The notes under the pieces are model-generated. The model saw only the letters and a program-made list of their open reading frames with translations. It had not been told where the DNA came from and did not search any database. A DNA stretch of 64,000 nt from contig CBDFKF010000004.1 of assembly GCA_965248765.1 (NCBI GenBank), positions 1,301,260 to 1,365,259 on the forward strand, read 5' to 3'. The stretch is from Alphaproteobacteria bacterium. Its GTDB lineage: Bacteria; Pseudomonadota; Alphaproteobacteria; VGEJ01. Below, in pieces: positions 21,375 through 30,793 of the stretch (its first letter is position 1; each line of letters opens with the position of its first letter). Made by a program: the position numbers and the translations under genes.

Positions 21375-22256
21375 ATGACGTCAAAACCGGAACGCAGGGC
21401 CGAGCTTGCGGCGCACATCCGGCGCAAGGAATTCGTGACCGCACCTGGGGTGTTCGAGATGATCTCCGCGCGTATTGCCGACGGATACGGCTTTCCCGCG
21501 CTGTATATGACCGGATACGGAACGGTCGCCTCCCACCTCGGTCTCCCTGATGCGGGCCTCGCCACATACAGCGACATGGTCGGACGAGTTGCCCAGATCT
21601 GCGACATCGTGACAACGCCGTTAATCGCGGACGGCGATACCGGCTATGGCGGCATTCTTAACGTGGAGCACACGGTTCGCGGTTACGAGCGGTCGGGCGC
21701 GGCCGCGATCCAGATCGAGGACCAGCAGTCTCCCAAGAAGTGCGGCCACACACCCGATCGCCCGGTGGTGCCGCTCGAAGACATGGTAGCAAAGATCCGT
21801 GTCGCGGTGGCCTCGCGCGATTCACACGACTTCCTGATCATCGCGCGTACCGATGCGCGCACCAATCACGGCCTCGATGAGGCCCTACGCCGGGCCGACG
21901 CTTTTGCCGAGGCGGGCGCCGATGTGCTGTTCGTCGAAGCGCCGGAATCGGTCGATGAGATGTGCGAAATCGGCCGGCGTTTCGATCTGCCGCTGCTGGC
22001 CAACATGGTGGACGGCGGCAAGACGCCGGTGTTGAGCCGCGCCGAGCTAGAGGATATCGGCTACTCCATCGCCATCTTCCCGGCGACCGGCTTCCTCGCC
22101 ATGGGGGCGGCTTTGCGCGGTGTCTACGGTTACCTGGCGGATGAGGGTTCGAGTGCCGGGATAGAGACGCCGCTCGACGACTTTGGCGCCTTCAGCAAGC
22201 TAATGGGGTTCGACGCCGTGTGGGCGTTCGAGCGCCGCTGGGCAGACGAGAGCTGA
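21375..22256 (+). CDS. isocitrate lyase/PEP mutase family protein (2-methylisocitrate lyase / carboxy-PEP mutase-like)
   Basis: It carries the family signature 'KKCGH', plus 'IADGDTGYGG' and 'VLFVEAP'. The start is taken at 'MTSKPERRAE'. Confidence 0.7.
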   Translation: MTSKPERRAELAAHIRRKEFVTAPGVFEMISARIADGYGFPALYMTGYGTVASHLGLPDAGLATYSDMVGRVAQICDIVTTPLIADGDTGYGGILNVEHTVRGYERSGAAAIQIEDQQSPKKCGHTPDRPVVPLEDMVAKIRVAVASRDSHDFLIIARTDARTNHGLDEALRRADAFAEAGADVLFVEAPESVDEMCEIGRRFDLPLLANMVDGGKTPVLSRAELEDIGYSIAIFPATGFLAMGAALRGVYGYLADEGSSAGIETPLDDFGAFSKLMGFDAVWAFERRWADES

Positions 22257-22275
22257 CGCCGGTCCCGCGGGCGAC

Positions 22276-22899
22276 TCAGGCCGCCTTGCGCAAACGCTGC
22301 ATCACCCGCTCGCTGGCGGCCACGTCCGCGTACTTCTGCTCCATGTCGAACAGGTTCGCTTCGTGGGGCCCGTGGGCGCGGTCGCCCACGCAGTCGCTGA
22401 CGACGATAGTGCGGAAGTTATGACTGCATGAGTCGATGACTGATGCGCGGACGCAGCCCGATGTCGTGCAGCCCGTAACGAGTAGCGTGTCGACCCCGCG
22501 CATCGTAAGCCACGGCGCGAGGCCCGTACCGAAGAACGCGGACGCCTGGGTTTTGCGAACGATGTGCTCGCCCGCGCGCGGGCTCAGCGCTGCAACGATC
22601 TGGCTCGCCTGCGCTGTCTCCGTGAGGGTCTTGAGCGCCGGCACCTTAAGGCAGAACGTCCCCACATCCGATCCGTCATCAGCGTAAACCACGCGGGTGA
22701 ACGCAATCGGTATCCCGACGGTCCGCGCATGCTCGAGGAGTACCTGCGTCCGTTCGATCGCAGCGCCTATGTTGCCGCCGCCGAACTGGTCGGCGTCGGT
22801 GAAGCCGTACGTGAAGTCGATGATCAAAAGGGCGGGCGTCTGACCGAAACCCACCTCGTGAGCAAAGCCCTGTCGGCGATAGATATCTAACTCATCCAC
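22276..22899 (-). CDS. isochorismatase-fold cysteine hydrolase (N-carbamoylsarcosine amidase-like), copy 1
   Basis: 'LLIIDFTYGF' and 'LLVTGCTTSGCVRASVIDS' show the catalytic Cys motif. Confidence 0.75.
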   Translation of the reverse strand: MDELDIYRRQGFAHEVGFGQTPALLIIDFTYGFTDADQFGGGNIGAAIERTQVLLEHARTVGIPIAFTRVVYADDGSDVGTFCLKVPALKTLTETAQASQIVAALSPRAGEHIVRKTQASAFFGTGLAPWLTMRGVDTLLVTGCTTSGCVRASVIDSCSHNFRTIVVSDCVGDRAHGPHEANLFDMEQKYADVAASERVMQRLRKAA

Positions 22900-23049
22900 C
22901 GTGCTCTCCCTGCGCCGGTGTAACCGATACTAGTGCATCGGACGCATCGCGCCCAGATCGGGCGTGCGTGCGATCGATTTGGCATCGGGTGTTGCGCAGG
23001 CTAATTTCCGTCCGCTTCTTTTTTTGTTGCTCACCGCCCGCGAGCAAGC

Positions 23050-24108
23050 ATGGACGATCGATCGACCGTTTTTCTTGAGGTCATGATCGGGATCGCGATT
23101 GTCGGTCTCCTGGCCTTCCTCATCCTGCTCGTGGCGAGACGCGTGGGCGGCTCGTCCGAGCGGGGCAGCGAGCAAGTGCTCGGAGCGCCGCCGTGGTGGG
23201 CGTTTCTCCTGGCGGTCGGCCTGTTGATCATCGTCGCGTTGGTCGTCCTGTGGCAGTTCCCGCCGCTCACCGACGAAGTCGGCGCTGGAGGTTGGCGTGA
23301 AGACACCGGCGCGCTCGTCTTTTTCGTAGTGATGCTGGTGGCCGCCGGCCTCGGCCTGATTACATATCTGGTCTTTCTCTACGCTGGTACGCGCAGGCCG
23401 TTGTCGCGGGACCGAACGGCCGTCGATGCGTCCTCGGACGAGACCACCGCGGCAACGGCTTCGGGAGTAGGGCTCCTGGGCGTGCTCGCGCTCGGTGTCG
23501 CGTTCTTGATCTTGAATTGGGCGTACGTCGCGAGCGACTTGCAATACGCACTGATGCGGAACCTCCTTTACCCCGCGAGCTTCGCCGTCGCCCTGGTCCT
23601 ATTGTTCGACAAGGCGACGCGCGCATGGAGCGCGAAGGGCGGGATCGCTACGGTCCGCGAGTGGCTGCATTGCGACTGGATCGTATTCCTGCTGGTGCTC
23701 GGTTATCTCAACCTCGTGGAGTTCAATAACCCCGGAGAATACGACGCCGTACTCTGGGACATCATCCATCTGGCCCTGTTCTTCCTCGTCTTTTGGCTTC
23801 TCGATCGGACGGTGAGTCGGTACAGATTCCTCGCGGCCCACGGTTATCTGATAGTGCTGCCTGTGCTCCTCCTGATCGCGACGCCGGCGGCCGAGCCCCC
23901 TGCGGAGGACGCAGCGGAGGCGATTGTGGAAGCGGTGTCATGGTGGTCCACCATCTGGCCGTTCTTCTTCTTGGCAGTGATATTCTTCGTCCTCGAGATC
24001 ATCACTTTGGTGGCAAGGAGGGAGGGCCCCGCTGGAGCCGTTTCCCTTGTCAAGGATGTCGTCTTCGTGGGCGTCTACGTCATCTTTTTCATCGTCGCGA
24101 TCCCTTAG
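23050..24108 (+). CDS. polytopic membrane protein of unknown function
   Basis: The 352-aa protein has ~8 hydrophobic helices and protein-like composition. It sits directly upstream of P1 on the same strand. Confidence 0.45.
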   Translation: MDDRSTVFLEVMIGIAIVGLLAFLILLVARRVGGSSERGSEQVLGAPPWWAFLLAVGLLIIVALVVLWQFPPLTDEVGAGGWREDTGALVFFVVMLVAAGLGLITYLVFLYAGTRRPLSRDRTAVDASSDETTAATASGVGLLGVLALGVAFLILNWAYVASDLQYALMRNLLYPASFAVALVLLFDKATRAWSAKGGIATVREWLHCDWIVFLLVLGYLNLVEFNNPGEYDAVLWDIIHLALFFLVFWLLDRTVSRYRFLAAHGYLIVLPVLLLIATPAAEPPAEDAAEAIVEAVSWWSTIWPFFFLAVIFFVLEIITLVARREGPAGAVSLVKDVVFVGVYVIFFIVAIP

Positions 24109-24261
24109 GCGCGGCGACATCGATTGGCGACCCATGACCGTGAATGACGCGGTGGTCAGCGGCCTGAGGAAGATTTGCGTTCCCCGGCGGCAATCGGGTA
24201 GTAAAGCGCTCACCAGTGTCGCTCAGCCGTGCGGACCCGGACCCGAGGGATCTATAGCCAA

Positions 24262-24726
24262 ATGACAGGATGGCAGTGGTTTTGGACGCTGGTCGGCTTC
24301 CTCCTCTACATCATCGCTCTGATTTTCCTGTTCTACTACGAGCCGTTCGAAGAGCTTTTCAATCTCGTCATCTACGGCATCAGCTACGACAGCACGATCT
24401 TCTGGGTCGCTTTGATCGTCGGCATCATCGGCTTCTGCAGCTTCCACTGGCGCGCCTACCGGCTGTACGTCGCGCAACAAAATGCGGTCGAAGCCATGGT
24501 GCTCGCCTCACTGCGCGGCTCGGCGTTCATCGCAATCCTGCTGAGCGCCGGCGCGACGTTGCAGGCGGTCCAGATCCTGTGTATTCACCTCCTACGCGCG
24601 GATACCGTTTTGAACGCGGGTTTTGGTCAGCGCCTTGCCGCAGTGGTGCTCTTGGGGCTTCTGACTGGCGTGTTCTGCGTCATATTCTGGCTGCTGAAGA
24701 TGATCCGCCCCGCTCGCGCCGCTTGA
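24262..24726 (+). CDS. small membrane protein P1 (paralog of 37821..38348)
   Basis: The 154-aa protein has 4-5 TM helices. 'LIFLFYYEPFEELF' and 'STIFWVALIVGIIGFCSFHWRAYR' align to the P2 protein. Confidence 0.5.
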   Translation: MTGWQWFWTLVGFLLYIIALIFLFYYEPFEELFNLVIYGISYDSTIFWVALIVGIIGFCSFHWRAYRLYVAQQNAVEAMVLASLRGSAFIAILLSAGATLQAVQILCIHLLRADTVLNAGFGQRLAAVVLLGLLTGVFCVIFWLLKMIRPARAA

Positions 24727-24827
24727 ACGCGCGCAGCGCCCACGCCGCGAGTGCGAGCGCGCCGGACGCTTCGGCTTGTTAGTCCTCGCCGCCAGCGGCG
24801 GCCGCCCCGCCCCCCCTTACCTCCAGG

Positions 24828-26258
24828 CTAAAAGACCTCGTCTCGCCGATCCGATGGCATCGTTGCGTGCAGGCCGCCGTATGGGCCGCGACGCATGAAC
24901 ATGCCGTCGCCCGCGCGGCCGCCGTACTCCCCTCGGTCGATGATGATCTTGCCACGCGACAGAACGGTCTCGGTGAAGCCCCTAATCTGCATGCCTTCGT
25001 AGGCGTTGTAGTCGATGTTCATGTGGTGGCTTCGGGGATTGTGAAGACTGATCGTCTCCTCATGCTCGGGATCGAAGACCACGATGTCGGCATCGCTGCC
25101 GACGGCAATCGTGCCTTTGCGTGGGAACAGGCCGAAGATCTTGGCCGGAGCGGTCGAGGTCAGCTCGACAAACCGGTTGAGGCCGATGTGGCCGCCGCGC
25201 ACGCCATAATGGTAGATCAGGCTCATCCGGTTCTCGATGCCCGGGCCGCCGTTCGGGATCTTGCTGAAGTCGTCGATGCCCAGCTCCTTCTGGTCCTTCA
25301 TGCAGAACGGGCAGTGGTCGGTCGCGATCACGTGCAGATCGCCAGTGCGCAGCCCCCGCCATAGCTCATCCTGGTTCCACTTCTCGCGGAGCGGCGGCGT
25401 CAGCACGTACTTCGCCCCGTCGAAGTCGGGCTCATCGTAGGCGCTGACGTCGAGTAGCAGATATTGCGGGCATGTTTCGCCATGGGCCATCACGCCGCGA
25501 GCCTGGGCATCCCGGATCTCCTTGAGCGAATCGTAGGCGCTCATGTGCACGATATAGATGGGTGCGCGCGCGACCTCGGCGATGGCCAACGCCCGATGGG
25601 TGCCCTCGGCCTCCAGCCGGGTAGGGCGGGTGGTCGCGTGATACTTGGGCGCGATGTGGCCCTCAGCAAGGGCGATCTTGACCAGCTCGTCGATGACAAT
25701 GCCGTTCTCGGCGTGCATGCATACTAGCGTGCCGTCCTCACCCGCCTTGCGCATCGCGCGGAAGATCGTGCCGTCATCGGAGAGCAACAGGCCCGGATAC
25801 GCCATGAACAGCTTGTAGCTGGTCACGCCTTCGTCAGAGAGCCGGCGCATCTCGTGGGTGCGGGATTCCGGCATGTCGGTGACGATCATGTGGAAGCCGT
25901 AGTCGATAGCGGTCTTGCCGGCCGCCTTCTCGTGCCAGATGTCGAGCGCCTCGAGCGTGGAGGCCCCCTTGGTCTGAATCGCGAAGTCGACGATGCACGT
26001 GGTCCCGCCGAACGCCGCGGCACGGGTTCCGGTCTCAAAGGTATCCGACGTCTTGGTTCCGCCAAACGGCATCTCGAGATGAGTGTGCGGATCTACACCG
26101 CCCGGGATCACGAGCTTGCCCGTAGCATCGATCACGTGGTCCGCCTCGATCACCAAGTCGGCGCCGATCAACGTAACAGTCGATTCATTGATGAAGATAT
26201 CGGCGTGGTAGTCGTCGGTCGCCGTCACCACCCGGCCGCTCTTGATGAGTACGCTCAT
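24828..26258 (-). CDS. hydA: dihydropyrimidinase / D-hydantoinase
   Basis: The 476-aa protein has the metal ligands 'GGVDPHTHLEMPFGG', the carboxylated-Lys region 'SYKLFMAY' and 'ATDHCPF'. Confidence 0.9.
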   Translation of the reverse strand: MSVLIKSGRVVTATDDYHADIFINESTVTLIGADLVIEADHVIDATGKLVIPGGVDPHTHLEMPFGGTKTSDTFETGTRAAAFGGTTCIVDFAIQTKGASTLEALDIWHEKAAGKTAIDYGFHMIVTDMPESRTHEMRRLSDEGVTSYKLFMAYPGLLLSDDGTIFRAMRKAGEDGTLVCMHAENGIVIDELVKIALAEGHIAPKYHATTRPTRLEAEGTHRALAIAEVARAPIYIVHMSAYDSLKEIRDAQARGVMAHGETCPQYLLLDVSAYDEPDFDGAKYVLTPPLREKWNQDELWRGLRTGDLHVIATDHCPFCMKDQKELGIDDFSKIPNGGPGIENRMSLIYHYGVRGGHIGLNRFVELTSTAPAKIFGLFPRKGTIAVGSDADIVVFDPEHEETISLHNPRSHHMNIDYNAYEGMQIRGFTETVLSRGKIIIDRGEYGGRAGDGMFMRRGPYGGLHATMPSDRRDEVF

Positions 26259-26433
26259 GCCGCCGCTCCCTTTTTTTTTTGAGTTCTTGGGCCGAGGATT
26301 CTAAGGTAATATGAAACACAGGTCTCTTGCGGGAAATATCTAGCGATTTCTGCACGATAGCGGCCGAGCGATCGTCCCACGACGTCGTGCGGCCAAGAGT
26401 ACTAGGAACAAAACAATACGGAGGGAGCATCAC

Positions 26434-27720
26434 ATGCGGGTCAAGGAAACGACAAAAAACGCCGGCAAGCGGAAGAACGGGATTAGTCGTCGTCGGCTCA
26501 TGGGCACGACGGCAGCGGTGGCGGCCGCCGGAGCCATCAGCGGATTCCCGAACATCGTGCGCGCCGCCGACGATCTACGCACCGTTGGTCTCGGCGTCAG
26601 CATCATCAACGAGATCCAGGGCCAAGCGTCGGAGGATCTCGGATTCGGTGTGCGCGGGCAGGCGCTGGGTTACGGCGCCATGATCGGCAAGATGCTCAAT
26701 CAGAACGACCAGTACGACATCGCCGAGGGCTACTACAACGACATGGACATCATGTGGCCCGCCGGCGTTTGGCAGCCGATCGATACGCAGCGGATCACGG
26801 AATGGGACAAGATCACGAACCTTTCGAAGACGGGCCGACTCACGCCGGAGTCCAACCCCGGCCAGGGCGATGCGCCATTCCGCCAAATGTGGCTCGACGA
26901 CAACGGCAATCGCGTAGCGGGACCGTCCCGCTACGTCACGATGGTTCCGGGGTGGCACAATGCCGATTCCATTGGCTACAACCCGGACGAGACCGGTCGC
27001 AAGATCGAAAGCTGGGCGGAGCTGTTCAGCGACGATTTCAGAGGCCAGGTGGCGCTTCTGAACGTGCCTCAGATCGGCGTCATGGATGCCGCCTTGGGCG
27101 TCGAGGCGTTGGGCCTGCTCACATTCGGCGACAAGGGCAACATGACCACGGAAGAGATCGATTTCCTGATGGATTTCCTGATCGAGAAGAAGAAGGCCGG
27201 GCATTTCCGGGCCTTCTGGGAGACCTTTGGCCAGTCGGTCAACCTTATGGTCAGTGGCGAGGTCGCACTGGAAAGCATGTGGTCACCGGCGGTGACCGCC
27301 ATCAAGGCCGAGGGCGTGCGGTGCGTCTATGCCTTCCCCAAGGAGGGCATGCGCGGCTGGCACGGCGGTTGCGCCATCTCCGCCGAGGTCACCGGCAAAG
27401 CGCTCGATCAAGCCTATGAGTACATCAACTGGTGGCTGAGCGGTTGGCCCGGTGCGTTCGTGGCCCGTCAGGGTTATTACATGTCGGTGCCCGAGAACGT
27501 GCGGAAGCATGTCGAGCCGGACGAGTGGGACTATTGGTACGACGGGAAAGCCGCCGCCAGGGACCTGCCCGATCCGTTCGGCACCATCATCGTGCCTGAA
27601 GGCGAGATCAGGGACGGCGGATCCTACTGGGACCGGTTCGGCAACATCGCCGTTTGGAACTCGGTGATGGACGAGAACGACTATTTGGTGAAGCGCTGGA
27701 CCGAGTTCCTGACCGCCTGA
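26434..27720 (+). CDS. ABC transporter periplasmic substrate-binding protein (PotD/PotF-like) with Tat signal
   Basis: The twin-arginine signal is 'SRRRLMGTTAAVAAAGA'. It has the SBP fold and is followed by two permease genes. Confidence 0.8.
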   Translation: MRVKETTKNAGKRKNGISRRRLMGTTAAVAAAGAISGFPNIVRAADDLRTVGLGVSIINEIQGQASEDLGFGVRGQALGYGAMIGKMLNQNDQYDIAEGYYNDMDIMWPAGVWQPIDTQRITEWDKITNLSKTGRLTPESNPGQGDAPFRQMWLDDNGNRVAGPSRYVTMVPGWHNADSIGYNPDETGRKIESWAELFSDDFRGQVALLNVPQIGVMDAALGVEALGLLTFGDKGNMTTEEIDFLMDFLIEKKKAGHFRAFWETFGQSVNLMVSGEVALESMWSPAVTAIKAEGVRCVYAFPKEGMRGWHGGCAISAEVTGKALDQAYEYINWWLSGWPGAFVARQGYYMSVPENVRKHVEPDEWDYWYDGKAAARDLPDPFGTIIVPEGEIRDGGSYWDRFGNIAVWNSVMDENDYLVKRWTEFLTA

Positions 27721-27876
27721 TCACACAGCTTTTCGATCTTCTTCACCATGGGACGGACGCGGCTGGGCCGCGTCCGCCCCTGTTTCCTTGAACGCCGCCC
27801 ACTTGCCTTTGCCGCAGGACCTGGGCAGGGACGTTCCCCGATCGGCGATCCATTCCGCTAGGTCCGCCACACGCAG

Positions 27877-28857
27877 ATGACCGAGTCCTTGCACCATTCG
27901 GGCCTCATCGGCACACAACCGCTCGCTCCTGCCGACGTCGCCGCCGCTGCCGGAAAGAAGATCCGACGACAGCCGGGGTTCTCCACGGGCTGGCTGATCG
28001 CGCCGGCAAGCCTATGGCTGCTCGTGTTCCTGGTCGTTCCCCTTGCCAGCATCGCGATTTTCAGTCTGTGGACGTCCACCGATCAGGGCATGTCCGCCGA
28101 ATTCACGCTCGGACACTACGGTGCCTTTTTCGAGGCCGAGGGCTTCTTCGATCCGTCCACGGACGAATTCCTCACCCCGAACGTGTTCAACAGGACGTTG
28201 GCGACCACGGTCATTTTCACTCTCGAGGTCATGGTCCTGTGCCTTCTGGTGGGCTATCCGATTGCTTACTTTCTTGCGATGCAGGTGCAATCGTTCAAAT
28301 GGCAGATGGCGTTCTTCCTGCTGGCCCTAGTGCCGTTCTGGACAAGTTATCTCATTCGCGCTGTTGCTTGGCTACCGATGCTGGGACGACGCGGGCTCCT
28401 CAATAACGTGCTGATCAGCCTGGACATCATCGACAAGCCGACGAGCTTTCTCTTGTATTCGGAGTTCAGTTACACGATGGCGCTGGTCCAGCTGTACGTG
28501 GTGCTGTCCGTCGGCCCGATCTTCTTCTCGCTGGCCAAGATTGATCGCGCGATTCTCGAAGCCGCGCGCGACATGGGCGCCTCGGCCTTCAGCATTTTCC
28601 GCGAGATCATCCTTCCGCTGTCGCTGCCGGGCGTCGCCATCGGCATGGTCTTCATCTTCGTCATGATCATGGGCGAGTTCGCGACGGCGGTCGTGGTGTA
28701 CGGCGGTAAGACCTCGACCACTGGGACCGTCATCCTCAATTACTACGCCATCGCCAACTACCCGTTCGCCGCGGTGAACGCGGTCATGCTGATGCTGGCG
28801 ATGATGATCGGGGTTGTCGTCATCTTGCGTATCGTTGACATCCGTAAGGAGCTTTGA
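27877..28857 (+). CDS. ABC transporter permease (PotB-like)
   Basis: It has 6 TM helices and the EAA-type loop 'LEAARDMGAS..IFREIILP'. Confidence 0.8.
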   Translation: MTESLHHSGLIGTQPLAPADVAAAAGKKIRRQPGFSTGWLIAPASLWLLVFLVVPLASIAIFSLWTSTDQGMSAEFTLGHYGAFFEAEGFFDPSTDEFLTPNVFNRTLATTVIFTLEVMVLCLLVGYPIAYFLAMQVQSFKWQMAFFLLALVPFWTSYLIRAVAWLPMLGRRGLLNNVLISLDIIDKPTSFLLYSEFSYTMALVQLYVVLSVGPIFFSLAKIDRAILEAARDMGASAFSIFREIILPLSLPGVAIGMVFIFVMIMGEFATAVVVYGGKTSTTGTVILNYYAIANYPFAAVNAVMLMLAMMIGVVVILRIVDIRKEL

Positions 28858-28858
28858 G

Positions 28859-29686
28859 GTGGCCCGCTGGTCCCGGGAGAGGAAGCGCAAAGCCGCGGTG
28901 AAAACCGGCTTTAGCGCCTACTACGGGATCTTTCTGGTGTTCATTTACGGACCGATGATCGCCATGTTCATCCTCTCCTTCCAAGGAAAGAGAGGCGGCA
29001 CCAGCTTTCCGATGCGAGGCTTTAGCTTCTACTGGTGGGAGAAGCTGTTTCAGCCCTCGTCGGTCGGCGACCTCCAGGGTGCCATGTTGCGCTCGCTGAT
29101 CCTCGCGCTGGTCGTGATGGTAATCACGGCGTTGTTCTCGACCATGCTGGCGATGGCCTTCCGCAAGCGCTTCTTCGCCTCGGATGTCCTGTTCTACACG
29201 GTCATGGCCGGCCTCATGGCGCCCGGAATCCTGCTCAGCTTGGGGCTCGCAACGCTCTTGCGCGAGCTCGGCATCCCGCCGGCATGGTGGTCCTCGGCGC
29301 TCGGCGTGCACGTCGTGTGGACGCTGCCGTTCGGCTTCCTCGTCATGATGGCAGTGTTCAATCGGTTCGACGCCAGCCTCGAGGAGGCGGCGCGCGATAT
29401 GGGGGCCGATGAGTGGACGGTCTTCAAGGAGGTAACCTTGCCCCTGATCACCCCCGGCATCGTCGCCGCGGGGCTGTTCGGGTTTACGCTGTCCTACGAT
29501 GAGTTCGCCCGCACCACCCTTCTTGCCGGCGAGTACAACACGCTACCGCTCGACATCAACGCATCGATGACCCAGCGCATCCGGCCGACCCTGTTCGCGC
29601 TGGGCACCGCATCGACGCTGTTCTCGCTTTCGATGATCGCCCTGTTCGTGGTGATCTATACCATCCTCTACCGACGCTTCCGCTGA
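28859..29686 (+). CDS. ABC transporter permease (PotC-like)
   Basis: The probable GTG start is right after the upstream stop. It has the EAA loop 'LEEAARDMGADEWTVFKEVTLP'. Confidence 0.75.
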   Translation: MARWSRERKRKAAVKTGFSAYYGIFLVFIYGPMIAMFILSFQGKRGGTSFPMRGFSFYWWEKLFQPSSVGDLQGAMLRSLILALVVMVITALFSTMLAMAFRKRFFASDVLFYTVMAGLMAPGILLSLGLATLLRELGIPPAWWSSALGVHVVWTLPFGFLVMMAVFNRFDASLEEAARDMGADEWTVFKEVTLPLITPGIVAAGLFGFTLSYDEFARTTLLAGEYNTLPLDINASMTQRIRPTLFALGTASTLFSLSMIALFVVIYTILYRRFR

Positions 29687-29689
29687 CGG

Positions 29690-30775
29690 TTATTCATCAA
29701 GCAGCACGCCGGCCTCGGCGGGCCAGCATATCGTCTCTGATTCGCCCATGTCGTAGACGCGATCGGAGATGTTGCGGTGCTGCTCGACATGGACAAAGAA
29801 GCCGGGCGCGACCTCGAAGACGTCGGTTTCGAGCGAGCCACGAAACTCGGTGGTGATGTAGCGCCCTTCCACGCGGTTCGCCATCTGCGGCTGTTCGCCG
29901 GTGTGCATGGAATCCGCCCGCACCGAGAAATACACCTCCTCGCCGCTCCGCACGCGACGGACGTGCTCGGGCACCTGGACGTAGAACAAGTTGCCATCGG
30001 ATTCGACGAACACTATCGAGCCGCTGCGCGATCTAATGGTCCCTTTGATGAGATTGTTGTTGCCAATGAACTCGGCCACGAATCTGGTCCGCGGATTGTT
30101 GTAGATCTCGCGTGAGGTCCCGACCTGCTGGATCAGCGCATCGCTCATGACGATGACTTTGTCGGCCATCGACATCGCCTCCTCCTGGGAGTGAGTAACC
30201 ATGATGAAGGTGATGCCGAGCTCGCGCTGGATCTTCTTGAGCTCGATGATCATGGATTGGCGAAGGTTGTAGTCGAGCGAGCCGAGCGGCTCATCCAGAA
30301 GCAGGACCGTGGGTCTGCTGATCAGCGCTCGGCCCAGCGCCACGCGCTGCTGTTGCCCGCCGCTGAGATCGCCCGGGTGGCGCCGGGCTAACTCCGTGAG
30401 CCCGACCATTTCGAGCATGTCCGAGACAGGCTTGGCTCGCTCATCCTTCGACTGACCCTGCATCTTGAGGCTGAATTCGACGTTCTCGGCCACCGTTCGG
30501 TGAGGGAACAACGCAAAGCTTTGGAACATCATCGAGGTGTCGCGCTGCGCCGGCGGGAGGTCTGTCACGTCCCTGCCGGCGATGAAGATCTTGCCGGATG
30601 TAACCTCCTCGAGTCCGCCGATCATCCGCAGCGTGGTCGTCTTACCGCAGCCGCTCGGGCCGAGCATCGCGACAAACTCGCCATGCTCGATCTCAGCGTC
30701 GAAGTCGATCACCGCCCGGACGTCGCCCGGGAACGTCTTGTTGACCCTGGTCAGAACGACGTCGTATTCGGGCAT
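29690..30775 (-). CDS. ABC transporter ATP-binding protein (PotA-like, C-terminal TOBE domain)
   Basis: It has Walker A 'GPSGCGKTT', the signature 'LSGGQQQRVAL' and Walker B 'LLLDEP'. It is encoded on the opposite strand from its permeases. Confidence 0.85.
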   Translation of the reverse strand: MPEYDVVLTRVNKTFPGDVRAVIDFDAEIEHGEFVAMLGPSGCGKTTTLRMIGGLEEVTSGKIFIAGRDVTDLPPAQRDTSMMFQSFALFPHRTVAENVEFSLKMQGQSKDERAKPVSDMLEMVGLTELARRHPGDLSGGQQQRVALGRALISRPTVLLLDEPLGSLDYNLRQSMIIELKKIQRELGITFIMVTHSQEEAMSMADKVIVMSDALIQQVGTSREIYNNPRTRFVAEFIGNNNLIKGTIRSRSGSIVFVESDGNLFYVQVPEHVRRVRSGEEVYFSVRADSMHTGEQPQMANRVEGRYITTEFRGSLETDVFEVAPGFFVHVEQHRNISDRVYDMGESETICWPAEAGVLLDE

Positions 30776-30793
30776 CGGGCAATCCCGTCCGAC

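Noticed and set aside
24727-24827. GC-rich dyad (GCCGCCAGCGGCGGC) between convergent P1 and hydA as a bidirectional terminator
   Set aside because: The stem is short and not followed by a U-tract on either strand. Such dyads occur by chance in GC-rich DNA, so I did not annotate it.
26259-26433. Poly-T run (tttttttttt, ~26264-26274) as a rho-independent terminator
   Set aside because: It lies upstream of two divergent genes (hydA and the solute-binding protein gene), not downstream of any gene. It is more likely promoter-region AT content and has no adjacent GC stem.
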